A stretch of 64,000 bases of DNA from an uncultured Candidatus Binatia bacterium. Lineage in GTDB: Bacteria; Desulfobacterota; Binatia; UBA9968; JAJDTQ01. A program made the translations under genes and the position numbers. Shown here piece by piece: positions 9,420-20,604 of this stretch (its first letter is position 1; each line of letters opens with the position of its first letter). The DNA is taken from contig OZ219754.1 in assembly GCA_964291295.2 (NCBI GenBank), forward strand, positions 2,720,001 through 2,784,000. Reading direction: 5' to 3'. The notes beneath the pieces were generated by a model that was given only the letters and a program-made list of their open reading frames with translations, had not been told where the DNA came from and did no database searches.

Positions 9420-9620
9420 GAATCGGCTCCTATGAAATCGGCTCCCCGAGTCGGCTCCCCGAGTCTTTCGGGGATTTCCGGTAAAGGCCATCCCTGTACC
9501 GACACGGCGGTGCCGGCAACGCGGGTGGATGTCCTTCACCGCAATGGAAACGGTTGCTTGAGTGGGACTGGTTACTTGAAAGCCCGATGAATGGCAAATG
9601 GCGCCGCTGCTTCCGGACCG

Positions 9621-10643
9621 TCAGGCGAGTCCGTAGAAGCGTCGGGCGTTGTCCCCCAGTATGTTCTGCTTGTCTTCCCGGGAAATGTCGCTCCGCTCCC
9701 AGATCAACGAACCGGATTCCGGCCAACTCATGTCCCAGTGGGGATAGTCCGACGCATACATGATCGTCTCGGAGCCGATCTCCCCCACGACGTAGCCGAT
9801 GGTTTTCTCGTCGGGCTCGCAACCGTAGAACACATTCCTGCTGGCGAGATAGCGGCTGGGCTCCTGCCTGCATTCGGGGGCCTCCACCGCCCCGCGCTTC
9901 TCCCACTCCTCGTCCATGCGGTCCGACCAGTAGGGGATCCAGCCGCAGCCGATCTCGAGAAAACCGAGCTTCAACTCCGGAAACATCTCCGGAATGCCGC
10001 CAAAGATCATCGCCGTGAGCTGGCGCAGCACCGGGAACGGGTGGCCGGTGGTGTGAATGGAGATGAACTGGTCGAAGATCTCGCTGCCCGGCTCGTCGCC
10101 GCCAAAGGCGTGGACGGCCAGCGGGGTGCCGAGCCGCTGCGCCTCCTCGTAGAGCGGATAATACTCGGGAGCGCCCAGGTTCCTGCCATGGCCCTGGGCC
10201 GCCAGCATGCCGCCTGCCAGTCCGAGTTCCGCGATCGCATGGCGCAGTTCCCCGGGCGCAGCCGCCGGGGCGTTGACGGGCAGGTTCGCCACCGCCTTGA
10301 GCCGGGGAGACGCCTTGCAATAGTCGGCGATGAATTCGTTGTAGGCCCGGCACAATTGCGTCTGGTAGCCGGGCTCGCGAATGCGGCCGATGCCCAGCCC
10401 GCTCGTCGGGTACATGACCGCGGTGTGGATCTCCTGAGTGTCCATGGCGGCAAGACGCTCCTCATGCCGTATGCCCGCGTGTCCGAGTGTCCCGCCAAGG
10501 TTGCGGTCATAGGTTTCCCGCGGAATGAACGGCGGCCGCCGGTTCCGGAAAGCCTCGCCCAGGAACGGCTTCACCAGGTCATCGTTGTCCCTCGCGTGGG
10601 CGTCGGCGTCGATCACCTTGACAGTCGGGTCGATCTTTCCCAT
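9621..10643 (-). CDS. Amidohydrolase_2 family protein
   Basis: IDADAH, MYPT, AYNE, VH, LEIGCGWIP, YASDYPHWD. Confidence 0.92.
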   Translation of the reverse strand: MGKIDPTVKVIDADAHARDNDDLVKPFLGEAFRNRRPPFIPRETYDRNLGGTLGHAGIRHEERLAAMDTQEIHTAVMYPTSGLGIGRIREPGYQTQLCRAYNEFIADYCKASPRLKAVANLPVNAPAAAPGELRHAIAELGLAGGMLAAQGHGRNLGAPEYYPLYEEAQRLGTPLAVHAFGGDEPGSEIFDQFISIHTTGHPFPVLRQLTAMIFGGIPEMFPELKLGFLEIGCGWIPYWSDRMDEEWEKRGAVEAPECRQEPSRYLASRNVFYGCEPDEKTIGYVVGEIGSETIMYASDYPHWDMSWPESGSLIWERSDISREDKQNILGDNARRFYGLA

Positions 10644-10837
10644 GTTCGTCTCCCTCGGTGGTCTTGTGGCGCACGTGATCCAACACACTACCAGTTCCGG
10701 TCCCGGATGCAAGCCATCCGGCTCCGTTCGCCGCCCCGGTTCCCGCTCCGAAACCGTGACCGCCCCCGCCTCGCGCCATTCGTCCGGGCTCCACCGCCGC
10801 TCTGGAATGGAAGCGGCTTTTCTGCGATTCTTCCACC

Positions 10838-13087
10838 ATGGCGAAGTCGACGAACCGCATGACCCTGGACGTCATCGGTCAACCGACGCCGGCCCTTGAG
10901 GGTGCGGCGAAGGTTACCGCGGACGCGCGTTACCTTGAGGACCTCCAACTCCCGGGCCTGCTCCACGGCAGGATCTGCCGGAGTCCCCTGCCCCACGCCA
11001 GGGTTCTCGCCATCGACACCTCCCGAGCCGAGCGCCTGCCCGGGGTGATCGCGGTCATCACCGCCCGGGACATGCCCGACATCCGATTCAGCTTCGTCCC
11101 GGAACTGGCCGACAAGGTGCCGCTGTGCGCACCGGGGCGCACGGTTCGCTACGCCGGCGACGAGGTGGCGGCCGTGGCCGCGCTCGACGAACGCACCGCC
11201 GAGGAGGCCGTGCGCGTCATCAAGGTTTCGTATCAGCCCCTGGAGCCGGTGCTGGATGTGAAGACCGCGCTGTCGCCGAACTCTCCCCAAGTCCACGGCG
11301 GCGGCAATCTGGCGTACGAGGTGCACAAGGCCGAGGGCGACCTCGAGGCGGCCTGGTCCGGCTGCGACATGGTGGTGGAGGAGGAGTTCGAAACCGCGCG
11401 GCAGTCGCACGCGGTCATGGAGACGCGCGGGTGCATCGCCCACTGGGCTGCCGCCGGCCGGCTCACGGTCTGGCACCAGACACAGGCACCGCACACGCTG
11501 CGCGGCGAGGTGGCCCGGAGCCTGGGCATTCCCGAGCGGATGGTGCGGGTGATCCAGCCGGAAACCGGCGGCGGTTTCGGCTCCCGGCTGGTGATGAACG
11601 TCATGGTGCCCATCGCCGCGGTACTCTCCCGGAAGGCGGGGCGCCCGGTGCGCATCGTCAACACCCGGGACGAGGAGTTTCGCTGCGCCGGGGCCCGCTA
11701 CGCCTATCGCTTCAGACTCAGGCTGGGCTGCACCCGGGACGGCGTCATCCGCGCCAAGAGCCTTGATGTCGTCGGCGACAACGGTGCCTACAACGACAAG
11801 GGTGTCTCCACCATCAATTTCATCACCATGACCTTCTTCTCGAGCTATGACCGGCACCGACCCGCCGCCTCCGTGGACGCCCGGCTGGTCTACACCAACA
11901 AGCCGCCCGGGGGCGCCTTCCGGGGCTTTGGCCACGCCGAGGAGACCTTCGCCTTTGAATCCACCCTGGAGACCATGGCCGGGCGCCTGGGCCTGGATCC
12001 GGTGGCGATGCGCATGGAGAACCTGCGGCGCCCGGGCGAGCGCACCTGCGTGGAGCGCGCCGCCGGGCTGATGCGTCCGGCGGCAAAACCCGCCGCGCGC
12101 ACCGGCATCGGCATGGCGGTGTTGTCCGAAACCGGCGCCGGCCTGCGCTATTACCGGCAGAACTCCACCGAGGCCATGGTCAAGGTTGAGCGGGACGGCA
12201 CCGTGAGCATCATCGCCGCCGTCGCCGACACCGGCACCGGCACCCGCACGGTGATGGCCCAGATCGCGGCCGAGCAGCTCGGCGTGCGGGTGGACCGGAT
12301 CCGCATCGTCCACAACGACACCGACGTGATCCCCTACGACCTCGGCACCTGGGCCAGCCGCACCACCTACGTCTGCGGCAACGCCGTGGCCGCGGCCGCC
12401 GCCGACGCGCGCCGGCGGCTGGCGGCGGTGGCCGCCGGCATGCTCGGGGCCGCCCCGGAGACGCTGGCGTTTGGCGGCGAGCGGGTGACGTGCACGGTGG
12501 AGCCCGGCGGCGGGGTGGGTTTCGACGAGGTCGTGCGGGAGGCTTATGACCGGCAGGGCCTTCTCGTCATCGGCAAGGGCGCCTTCGTGGACCCGGAGGC
12601 CACCCGCTTCGTTCCCAACGACCACGAGGCGGCGGCGCCGGTGGTCGCCTCCTGCTGCCACGTGGCCGAGGTGCGGGTGGACACGGAGACCGGCGCGGTG
12701 GAGCTGCTGCGCTACCTGGCGGTACACGACGTCGGCAAGGCCCTCAACCCACTGGGCATACAGGGTCAGATAGAGGGCGGCGTCGCCCAGGGGATCGGTT
12801 TCGCGCTGTATGAAGAGCTGGCGCTGGACGGCGGTCAGGTGCTGAATCCGAACCTGGTGGACTACCGGCTCCCCACCTTCGGCACCGTGCCCGGGCGCCT
12901 GGACTCCGTGCTCGTCGAAGGCGACCCCTCCGAGGGCCCCTACGGCGCCAAGGGCATCGGCGAACTGCCGTTCGGGCCGGCCGCCCCCGCCATCGCCAAC
13001 GCCATCCACAACGCGGTCGGGGTGCGCCCGAGGGCCTTGCCCATGACGCCGGAGCGGGTTCTCCGGGCGTTGAAGGGACAGGGGTAG
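10838..13087 (+). CDS. Xanthine dehydrogenase family molybdopterin-binding (large) subunit
   Basis: RSPLPHAR, GGGFGSR, GAFRGFG, HDVGKALNP..GQIEGG, GAKGIGE. Confidence 0.93.
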   Translation: MAKSTNRMTLDVIGQPTPALEGAAKVTADARYLEDLQLPGLLHGRICRSPLPHARVLAIDTSRAERLPGVIAVITARDMPDIRFSFVPELADKVPLCAPGRTVRYAGDEVAAVAALDERTAEEAVRVIKVSYQPLEPVLDVKTALSPNSPQVHGGGNLAYEVHKAEGDLEAAWSGCDMVVEEEFETARQSHAVMETRGCIAHWAAAGRLTVWHQTQAPHTLRGEVARSLGIPERMVRVIQPETGGGFGSRLVMNVMVPIAAVLSRKAGRPVRIVNTRDEEFRCAGARYAYRFRLRLGCTRDGVIRAKSLDVVGDNGAYNDKGVSTINFITMTFFSSYDRHRPAASVDARLVYTNKPPGGAFRGFGHAEETFAFESTLETMAGRLGLDPVAMRMENLRRPGERTCVERAAGLMRPAAKPAARTGIGMAVLSETGAGLRYYRQNSTEAMVKVERDGTVSIIAAVADTGTGTRTVMAQIAAEQLGVRVDRIRIVHNDTDVIPYDLGTWASRTTYVCGNAVAAAAADARRRLAAVAAGMLGAAPETLAFGGERVTCTVEPGGGVGFDEVVREAYDRQGLLVIGKGAFVDPEATRFVPNDHEAAAPVVASCCHVAEVRVDTETGAVELLRYLAVHDVGKALNPLGIQGQIEGGVAQGIGFALYEELALDGGQVLNPNLVDYRLPTFGTVPGRLDSVLVEGDPSEGPYGAKGIGELPFGPAAPAIANAIHNAVGVRPRALPMTPERVLRALKGQG

Positions 13088-13178
13088 GCGGTGTCTTCGG
13101 CCTTGATGCATTACTGTCCGTGGCGAGCCGCCTCGAACCCGCTTGCCACGCATGCCCCGGCGACGGTGGCGAGTAACC

Positions 13179-14168
13179 ATGCGTGATCTGCCCATACGAT
13201 GGGGCCTCAGTCTCCCCAACCGCGGTGTGCTTTTCGGCCTCACGACCGTGGCGGACCTCTTCAGGTCGGCGGCACTGGCCGAGGAGTGCGGCGCCTTCGA
13301 GTCGGTGTGGGTGGGCGACAGCTTCATTCACAAGCCGCGCCTGGACTCCATCGTCATGCTGTCGAACCTCGCGGCGCGCACCCGGCGGGTGCGGCTGGGC
13401 ACCATCTGCATGGCCACCTTTCCGTTGCGCCATCCGGTGGAACTGGCGATCCAGTGGGCCAGCCTGGACCAGGTGTCCGGAGGCCGTACGGTCCTGGGCG
13501 CGTGCATCGGCGGCGGCCATGAGCCCGAACTCCGGGCATTCGGACAGACTTCCAAGGAGCGGGTGCCGCGGCTGGAGGAAGGCGTGGCGTTGTTGCGCGC
13601 GCTGTGGGGCGGCGAACCGGTGCATTACCACGGACGTTTCTACACGCTGGAGGACTGCGACATCCTGCCCAAGCCGGTGCAACGGCCCTGCCCCATCTGG
13701 ATCGCGGTGAATCCGCGCCAGCCCATGGCCGGTAGTCCCCGGGTCAGGCGCGCGCTGGAGCGGGCCGTGCGGTTGGGCGATGGCTACATGACGGACGCGG
13801 TGGCGCCGGACGAGTTCCGCCGCCGCTGGGACTTCATGCAGGAGACCGCGCGCCGGCAGGGCCGCGACCTCGCCGGCTTCGAGACCTGCATTCACGGCAT
13901 GATCAACATCAACGAGGACAAGCGGGCGGCCCGGGAGGAGTCGCGGCACTACTTCCGGGAGTACTACACGCCCTCCTGGCCCACCGAGGACGTGATCGAC
14001 ATCTGGCTGGCGCACGGAGCGCCGGACGAGTGCGCGGCGCTCATCCGGGAGTGGCTGGACATGGGCATCACCACGCCGGTGCTGCGCTTTACCGGGCACG
14101 ACCAGCCGGCGCAGATCCGCCGTTTCATCGAGGAGGTGCTGCCGCTCCTCCAGGAGAAGGTCCCATGA
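13179..14168 (+). CDS. LLM-class (luciferase-like) flavin-dependent oxidoreductase
   Basis: SVWVGDS, RTRRVRLGT, ASLDQVSGGR, LPKPVQRPCPIWI. Confidence 0.9.
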   Translation: MRDLPIRWGLSLPNRGVLFGLTTVADLFRSAALAEECGAFESVWVGDSFIHKPRLDSIVMLSNLAARTRRVRLGTICMATFPLRHPVELAIQWASLDQVSGGRTVLGACIGGGHEPELRAFGQTSKERVPRLEEGVALLRALWGGEPVHYHGRFYTLEDCDILPKPVQRPCPIWIAVNPRQPMAGSPRVRRALERAVRLGDGYMTDAVAPDEFRRRWDFMQETARRQGRDLAGFETCIHGMININEDKRAAREESRHYFREYYTPSWPTEDVIDIWLAHGAPDECAALIREWLDMGITTPVLRFTGHDQPAQIRRFIEEVLPLLQEKVP

Positions 14169-15550
14169 ATCCGAACCTGCGAGATTTCCTGCGCGTCGTC
14201 CGGGAGACAGGGCCCGACAACTACGTCGAGGTGACGAAGCCGCTGGATCCCCGCCTGGAGATCAGCATCCTGCAGCACAAGCTCGCCGCCGAGGGACGCA
14301 ATCCGGTGATCTACTGTCCCGAGATCAAGGGCAGCCCGCTGCCGCTGGTCACCAACCTCTTCGGCTCTTTCGAACTTCTGGCCTGGGGACTGGGCTGCGA
14401 CCCGCGCGCCATGACCCGGGTGGATATCTACGACGTGCTGCGCGGGAAGCTGGCACAGCGGGAAGCGCCGGTGTGGGTGGACGAGGACAAGGCGCCGGTC
14501 AAGGAGAAGAAGCTCATCGGCGACGCCGTGGACCTGAGCGTACTGCCCATCATCCACAACTCGAAACTCGATGCCGGGAAGTACATCGGCGCCGGTTTCA
14601 TGATCGCCCGATGGCCGGACACCGGCGTCCCCAACGCCGGCATCTACCGCCATCTGGTCATGGGGCGGAACCGGCTCGGCTGCATGATCAATCCCGGCAA
14701 CGACGGCGCCTACATCGCTCGGCGCTGCGCCGAACTGGGGCGGCCCATGGAGGTGGCGCTGGCCATCGGCCACCACTCCGCGGTGCTGCAGGCGTCCCAG
14801 GGCAAGGGGATCGTGGAGTTCGACCTCATGGGCGGCTATCTCGGCGAATCGCTGGAGGTGGTCCGGGGCGAGACCGTGGATGTGCCGGTGCCGGCCCAGG
14901 CGGAGATCGTCATCGAGGGGACCATCGACGCCACCACCCTGTCCACCGACGGCCCCTACGCCGAGTACCTGGGCTACTACGGGGTCGGCGACAAGCCTTG
15001 CTATGTCATCGACGTGAGCGCCATCACCATGCGCCGGGACGCCATCTACCATCACCTGGACTCGGCCCACATCGAGCACAACCTGGCGCCCAACGTGAGC
15101 GCCGAGATGAGCATGTACGACCGCTTGCGATCCCAGTTCCCCACCGTCAAGGGGGTGAACGTCATGGGCTGGCTGGGCACTTACGTGTCGTTGCAGCAGC
15201 GGGTTCCCGGCGAAGGCCGGCAGGCCGGACTGGTGGCGGTGTCCACGGACAACTACGGCAAGACCGTGGTGGTGGTGGACGACGACGTGGACATCTACAG
15301 CGAGCGGGAGGTGGCCTGGGCCATCAGCACCCGCATGGTCGCGGACCGGGATCTGCTGATCCTGCCCGGGGTCAAGGGCGCGCACCTCGATCCGGTGTCG
15401 TACAACGAGGCGCGCACGGGCCGGGGCCCCATGACCACGCACCTCGTCATCGACGCCACACGTCCGGTGGAGACGGAGTTCGAGAAGAAGATCGAGCCGG
15501 ACCCGGAGTTGTGGCAGGCCATGGATCTGAGAGAATACCTGAAACCCTGA
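14165..15550 (+). CDS. UbiD family (prFMN-dependent) decarboxylase
   Basis: NAGIYR, VPAQAEIVIEG, DGPYAEYLGYY, VVVDDDVDI, LDP, IDAT. Confidence 0.93.
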   Translation: MNPNLRDFLRVVRETGPDNYVEVTKPLDPRLEISILQHKLAAEGRNPVIYCPEIKGSPLPLVTNLFGSFELLAWGLGCDPRAMTRVDIYDVLRGKLAQREAPVWVDEDKAPVKEKKLIGDAVDLSVLPIIHNSKLDAGKYIGAGFMIARWPDTGVPNAGIYRHLVMGRNRLGCMINPGNDGAYIARRCAELGRPMEVALAIGHHSAVLQASQGKGIVEFDLMGGYLGESLEVVRGETVDVPVPAQAEIVIEGTIDATTLSTDGPYAEYLGYYGVGDKPCYVIDVSAITMRRDAIYHHLDSAHIEHNLAPNVSAEMSMYDRLRSQFPTVKGVNVMGWLGTYVSLQQRVPGEGRQAGLVAVSTDNYGKTVVVVDDDVDIYSEREVAWAISTRMVADRDLLILPGVKGAHLDPVSYNEARTGRGPMTTHLVIDATRPVETEFEKKIEPDPELWQAMDLREYLKP

Positions 15551-15566
15551 CGTGCCATTGGTGCCA

Positions 15567-15595
15567 TTGACAAAGATACGGGCACTGACTACTAT
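15567..15595 (+). promoter_or_regulatory. Sigma70-type promoter upstream of the ABC transporter
   Basis: TTGACA-17 nt-TACTAT, about 100 bp before the ATG at 15695. Confidence 0.65.
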
Positions 15596-15694
15596 TCGTC
15601 GTTCTCCGCGTTCGTGGAGTGGCGGGGTTCGTGAAACAACGGTGCTCTCATTGCCGGTCCGAACCGCCGGCGCCCAATTCAAGGGAGGCAGACA

Positions 15695-16687
15695 ATGCGA
15701 CGCTATACATGGATGGTTCTGATGGCGACAGCGCTGGTGAGCTTCCTGGCCTTCGAGGCCGCGGCCAAGGATCTCCACAAGGTCAAGGTCACCGCCGGCC
15801 GTAACAGCATCATCTCGATGCTCTACCTGGCGGGCGAGATGGCGGGTATCTTCGAGAAGAACGGCATCGATGCCGACGTGGACGTGCGCCCCTTCAAGGG
15901 ACACATGGCCGCGCTGCCCGCCAAGGAAGTGCCCTGCTCTTCGTACGCGGGAACCGCCGCCATCGCCAGGATCACCAAGGGGCTCGATTTCGTCATCGTC
16001 GGAGGCGGACTCACCGTGATGCAGGAGGTCTTCGTCAAGAAGGACAGCCCGATCCAGTCCATCGGCGATCTCAGGGGCAAGAAGTTCGGCACCTGGTCCA
16101 CCGGCGCCGGTGCCTTCAAAGCCACCCGGGCAGTCATCATGGACGGTCACGGCATGGACGTCCTCGACAAGAAGGACGCCGAACTGGTCCAGGCCGCGGC
16201 ACCGGCGCTGCTGGCATTGCTGGGTCGCGGCGACGTGGACTCCATGTTCAACATCAGTTCGCTGACCATCAGGGCGGCGTCGCAGCCCGACATGTACCGG
16301 TCGGTGTTCGCACCCAACGACTACTGGAAGAAGAAGACCGGACAGGCCATCGTGTGGTCCGCGCCGCTGGTCTGCTGGCGGGAGTGGGTGGACGCGGATC
16401 GGGAGCGGGCGAAGAACTTCTCGAACGCGGTCATGGAGTCCATGCGCTGGCTGAGGAACCCCGCGAATTTCGACCGGGCCGAGGCGAAGTTCGCCAAGGT
16501 GACCGGCATCAAGAACAAGGCCGAAGCCGGCGTCTACCGGGACTGGCTGCAGAAGGACAAGATCTTCCTGGCCAAGTGGGACAAGAAGACCGTGGACCAT
16601 CAATGGGATTTTCTGGAAATGGCCAAGCGGCGGGGTGTTCTGGACTTCGTTCCGGACAAGAAGAAGCACGGGCTGATCCTCAACTGA
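15695..16687 (+). CDS. ABC transporter substrate-binding protein (NMT1/SsuA/TauA type)
   Basis: Signal peptide, GIFEKNGID, SPIQSIGDLRGKK, RGDVDS. Confidence 0.9.
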   Translation: MRRYTWMVLMATALVSFLAFEAAAKDLHKVKVTAGRNSIISMLYLAGEMAGIFEKNGIDADVDVRPFKGHMAALPAKEVPCSSYAGTAAIARITKGLDFVIVGGGLTVMQEVFVKKDSPIQSIGDLRGKKFGTWSTGAGAFKATRAVIMDGHGMDVLDKKDAELVQAAAPALLALLGRGDVDSMFNISSLTIRAASQPDMYRSVFAPNDYWKKKTGQAIVWSAPLVCWREWVDADRERAKNFSNAVMESMRWLRNPANFDRAEAKFAKVTGIKNKAEAGVYRDWLQKDKIFLAKWDKKTVDHQWDFLEMAKRRGVLDFVPDKKKHGLILN

Positions 16688-16784
16688 TCGACGTCAAGGC
16701 GTCCGGGACCTCGATACGGCGTTGGCCGTCCTGGGCCGACTCGAGGTTCCGGCCCCTTCACACCCATTCCCGACAGGCTCCCCC

Positions 16785-17549
16785 ATGATCAAGGGCAGAC
16801 CCGGTCTTCTCCCCGGGGTTCTTACGTTCATTGCTTTCCTGGTTCTGTGGCAGCTGGTTTCGTTGCTGTTCCTGCCGGCCTTCCTCCCCGGGCCGCGGGA
16901 GCTCATTGCGAGGCTCCTGACGGTCTATTCGGAACCCGGCAGCTACGCGGTCGTCTGGGATACCCTCCGCCGGATCATCCTGGGCCTTTCCGCCTCCATG
17001 GTCATCGGCGGTGGGGCCGGGCTGATCATGGGACTGCACCGGCACGTGGAGGCCTTCCTGGACGGCTGGATCATGGTGCTGCTCACGTTCCCGGCGGTCT
17101 GCTGGGCCTTTCTGGCCGTCCTCTGGTTCGGACTCTCCGACGTCGGGCCGGTCTTCACCACGGTGCTCATCGTCTTTCCCTTCGTGGCCCTCAACGTCTG
17201 GGAAGGGACCAAGGCCATCGACAGGGAAGTCATCGACATGGCCAAGGTCTACAAGGCGGACCGGCGTCTGATCATCCGAAAGGTGGTGGTGCCGCAGCTC
17301 CTGCCCTATCTGTTCTCGTCGATGCGGATCGCGCTCTCGCTGTCCTGGAAGATCGTGCTGGTGGGGGAGGCCTTTGCCGTGGGCAGCGGGGTCGGCCAGA
17401 TGCTGATGATTCATTTCGAGGATACCAGTGTCGATCTGATGCTGGCCTGGGGAGTCAGCTTCATGGTCTTCATGGTCCTGGTCGACGTGCTGCTGTTCCG
17501 GTCGTGGGAGAGACGTGCATTCCGGTGGCGGCACCAGGTGGCCACCTGA
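16785..17549 (+). CDS. ABC transporter permease (TauC/SsuC type)
   Basis: LWQLVS..FLPGP, EAA-like loop, LPYLFSSMR..SWKIVLVGE. Confidence 0.92.
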   Translation: MIKGRPGLLPGVLTFIAFLVLWQLVSLLFLPAFLPGPRELIARLLTVYSEPGSYAVVWDTLRRIILGLSASMVIGGGAGLIMGLHRHVEAFLDGWIMVLLTFPAVCWAFLAVLWFGLSDVGPVFTTVLIVFPFVALNVWEGTKAIDREVIDMAKVYKADRRLIIRKVVVPQLLPYLFSSMRIALSLSWKIVLVGEAFAVGSGVGQMLMIHFEDTSVDLMLAWGVSFMVFMVLVDVLLFRSWERRAFRWRHQVAT

Positions 17550-17588
17550 TCCTCAAACAGATCCTCAAATAGTATACGGGTGTCGTTC

Positions 17589-18364
<776 letters not shown>

Positions 18365-18368
<4 letters not shown>

Positions 18369-19141
18369 AGATGCGTCTCTACATGCGTCTGGCATCCATG
18401 GTGGCGCTGGTGGGGTGCTGGTGGCTCGCCTCCCTGTTCACCTCGCCGGAGGTGTTGCCCAACCCGGCGCGGATCGCGCGGACCATGGGCCGGATCCTCA
18501 CGGAGCCGGGTCCCGAAGGCAACTCGGCCTTCTTTCACATCGGCATCACGTTGCTCCGCATCACCATCGCGTTCGCGGCCGCCATGATGGCCGGCATCGC
18601 CATCGGTCTGGCCATGGGACTCCGCAAGACCGTGGAGCATTCGCTCATGAGCCTGATTCCGCTGTTCCTGACCATCCCCACCCTGCTGATGGTCTTTCTG
18701 GCGGTGCTCTGGTTCGGCTTCAGTGAAACCGGGAGCCTGGTGGCGGTGATGGCGGTGGTCACGCCCTTCGTCACGGTGAACATGGCGGAAGGCACCAAGG
18801 CCATGGACAAGAGCCTGATGGACATGGCCAAGTCGTTCAAGGCCGGCAGGAGAATGCTGGTCTGGAAGGTCTACATCCCTCAGCTCATGCCCTATCTGAT
18901 GTCGGCGTTCCGGTACGCCTTCGGCATGACCTGGAAGGTCGTCGCCCTGGCCGAGACCTTCGGCATCAAGTTCGGCATCGGCTACATGTTCTTCTTCTGG
19001 TTCGAGAGCTTCGACATGGAGCAGGTGCTGGCCTGGATACTGCTCTTCGTGATCCTGATGCTGATCATCGAGTATGGCGTCATCGCCCGCTTCGAGCAGC
19101 GCGCCTTCGCCTGGCGCCGTTCCTTCTCCACCGCCCTCTGA
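18365..19141 (+). CDS. ABC transporter permease (second)
   Basis: Hydrophobic, PQLMPYL..WKVVALAE. Confidence 0.92.
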
Positions 19142-19145
19142 CCCG

Positions 19146-19457
19146 CTAACGGCGGTGGGCCTGGATCTCCGCTCTGGAAAACGGCCCGGCCCCCATCACT
19201 TGGTGCAGTTCCCATTCGATGAGTTCGAAACTGCAGAAGCCGGCCGCGGTATAGGGATCGCTGCCGGCAACCGCCTCCGCCTCGGCCCGCGAGTCCGCGC
19301 GAATGAGGTAGATGCCGTACTTGCGGTCCGGTGTCGGTCCGGACATGACAATCCTGCCGGCGTCGTGCTGCCGCTTCATCCAGGACAAATGGTCGTCCAG
19401 CGTCACGTTCCACTCTTCCCGGGGCTTGACCGCACTCCTCAGTGCAATGAACCACAT
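19146..19457 (-). CDS. YciI family protein
   Basis: HLSW, SGP, SDPY motifs. Confidence 0.85.
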   Translation of the reverse strand: MWFIALRSAVKPREEWNVTLDDHLSWMKRQHDAGRIVMSGPTPDRKYGIYLIRADSRAEAEAVAGSDPYTAAGFCSFELIEWELHQVMGAGPFSRAEIQAHRR

Positions 19458-19479
19458 GCGCGTCCCTCCCTGCCATGCC

Positions 19480-20316
19480 CTATCGGGCGGCGCAGATATC
19501 CCACCAGTTCCGGTCGAGGTCGCTGAAGACGAAGGAGACCTCGCCGTTGTCCTGCCGCAGATCCTGGACCTCGCCGATCCCCATCTCCCTGCCCGAGGTC
19601 CGGAATGCCCGGTGCGCGTCCACCACCTCCCGCTCCGTTTCCACCTGCAGGGTGAAGCGGTTCAGCGACGACACATGATGGCGCGTGCGGCCCGGCAGGA
19701 CCACCACGTACCAGGGTGTCTCGGGGTGCTTGATGTACACCGAGGACCGGCCGCCGCCGAGGATCTCCAGCCCCAGCACCTCGCTGTAGAACCGGGTGCT
19801 GGCCGCCTTGTCGTCACATTCCCGGGTGCCATGGCTCAGCGCCTGCGGCAGGTAGCCGCGCCCGGGAAACCGCTCCTCCGGCATTCTCTCGCGCCACGGG
19901 TTGATGGCATTCCGCTGCCCCCGCTCCACCGCCTCACGATCATAGTACTCGATCTCCCAGTCGTTGCCGCCGGGCTCCCGGAAGTAGACCGAATGGGCGA
20001 AGTGGTTTTCGTGAGGACGGCTGACGCGCTTGAGCTTGTAGCGCTCCTTCCGGGTTTGCAGGTATTCGTAGGCCGCGTTCACCTCGTCCATGGTTTCGAC
20101 CCGCACGCCGTAATGATGAAGGTGCGGCTTGTCCACCGCCTCGGGAGCACCCTCGTGCACCACCAGTTCCCAATCGGTATTGGGGTGCTTGACCGTGGCC
20201 TGCCCTGTTCCTTGCCCCACCATCTCCAACGCCAACAGGTCGGTGAGCACCGGCAGGGTGTCGTCCAGGGACTTGCATTCGTAGTGGCCGCGTTTCAGTG
20301 CGATGGGCGTGATCAT
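19480..20316 (-). CDS. Two-domain VOC (glyoxalase/extradiol dioxygenase) family protein
   Basis: HHYGVRV, SVYFREPGGNDWEI, SHGT, FYSEVLG, DLDRNWWDI. Confidence 0.85.
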   Translation of the reverse strand: MITPIALKRGHYECKSLDDTLPVLTDLLALEMVGQGTGQATVKHPNTDWELVVHEGAPEAVDKPHLHHYGVRVETMDEVNAAYEYLQTRKERYKLKRVSRPHENHFAHSVYFREPGGNDWEIEYYDREAVERGQRNAINPWRERMPEERFPGRGYLPQALSHGTRECDDKAASTRFYSEVLGLEILGGGRSSVYIKHPETPWYVVVLPGRTRHHVSSLNRFTLQVETEREVVDAHRAFRTSGREMGIGEVQDLRQDNGEVSFVFSDLDRNWWDICAAR

Positions 20317-20604
20317 CTCGACGTTCCTCCCGGAATGGAGCTTTGGCGTGCCCTGCAACCTAACCGATTCGGACCTGTTGTTGAAGCGCCGTGCACACCG
20401 CCATCCGGCCCTGCCCCGGAATCCCCTCCTTCCCTCCATCCCTCCTTCCTTCTTTCCTCTCCCTTCCGGTCTCGGGGCTGAACGGGTTTCGGACGTCGCA
20501 GCGCAGGCAGTGGTTTTCAACTCGCTTCCGGTTCGTTCCTTGACTTGTCCGGTCCGGCCCGATTATTCATGACCGCGATTCCCGCCAACGGAAGGGTCCC
20601 GCCC

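Noticed and set aside
10688-16669. Very long antisense ORFs (10688-13327, 13964-16669; similarly 27630-29819, 50028-52745, 52669-54507)
   Set aside because: Shadow ORFs opposite well-supported genes, expected from high-GC codon bias; no motifs.
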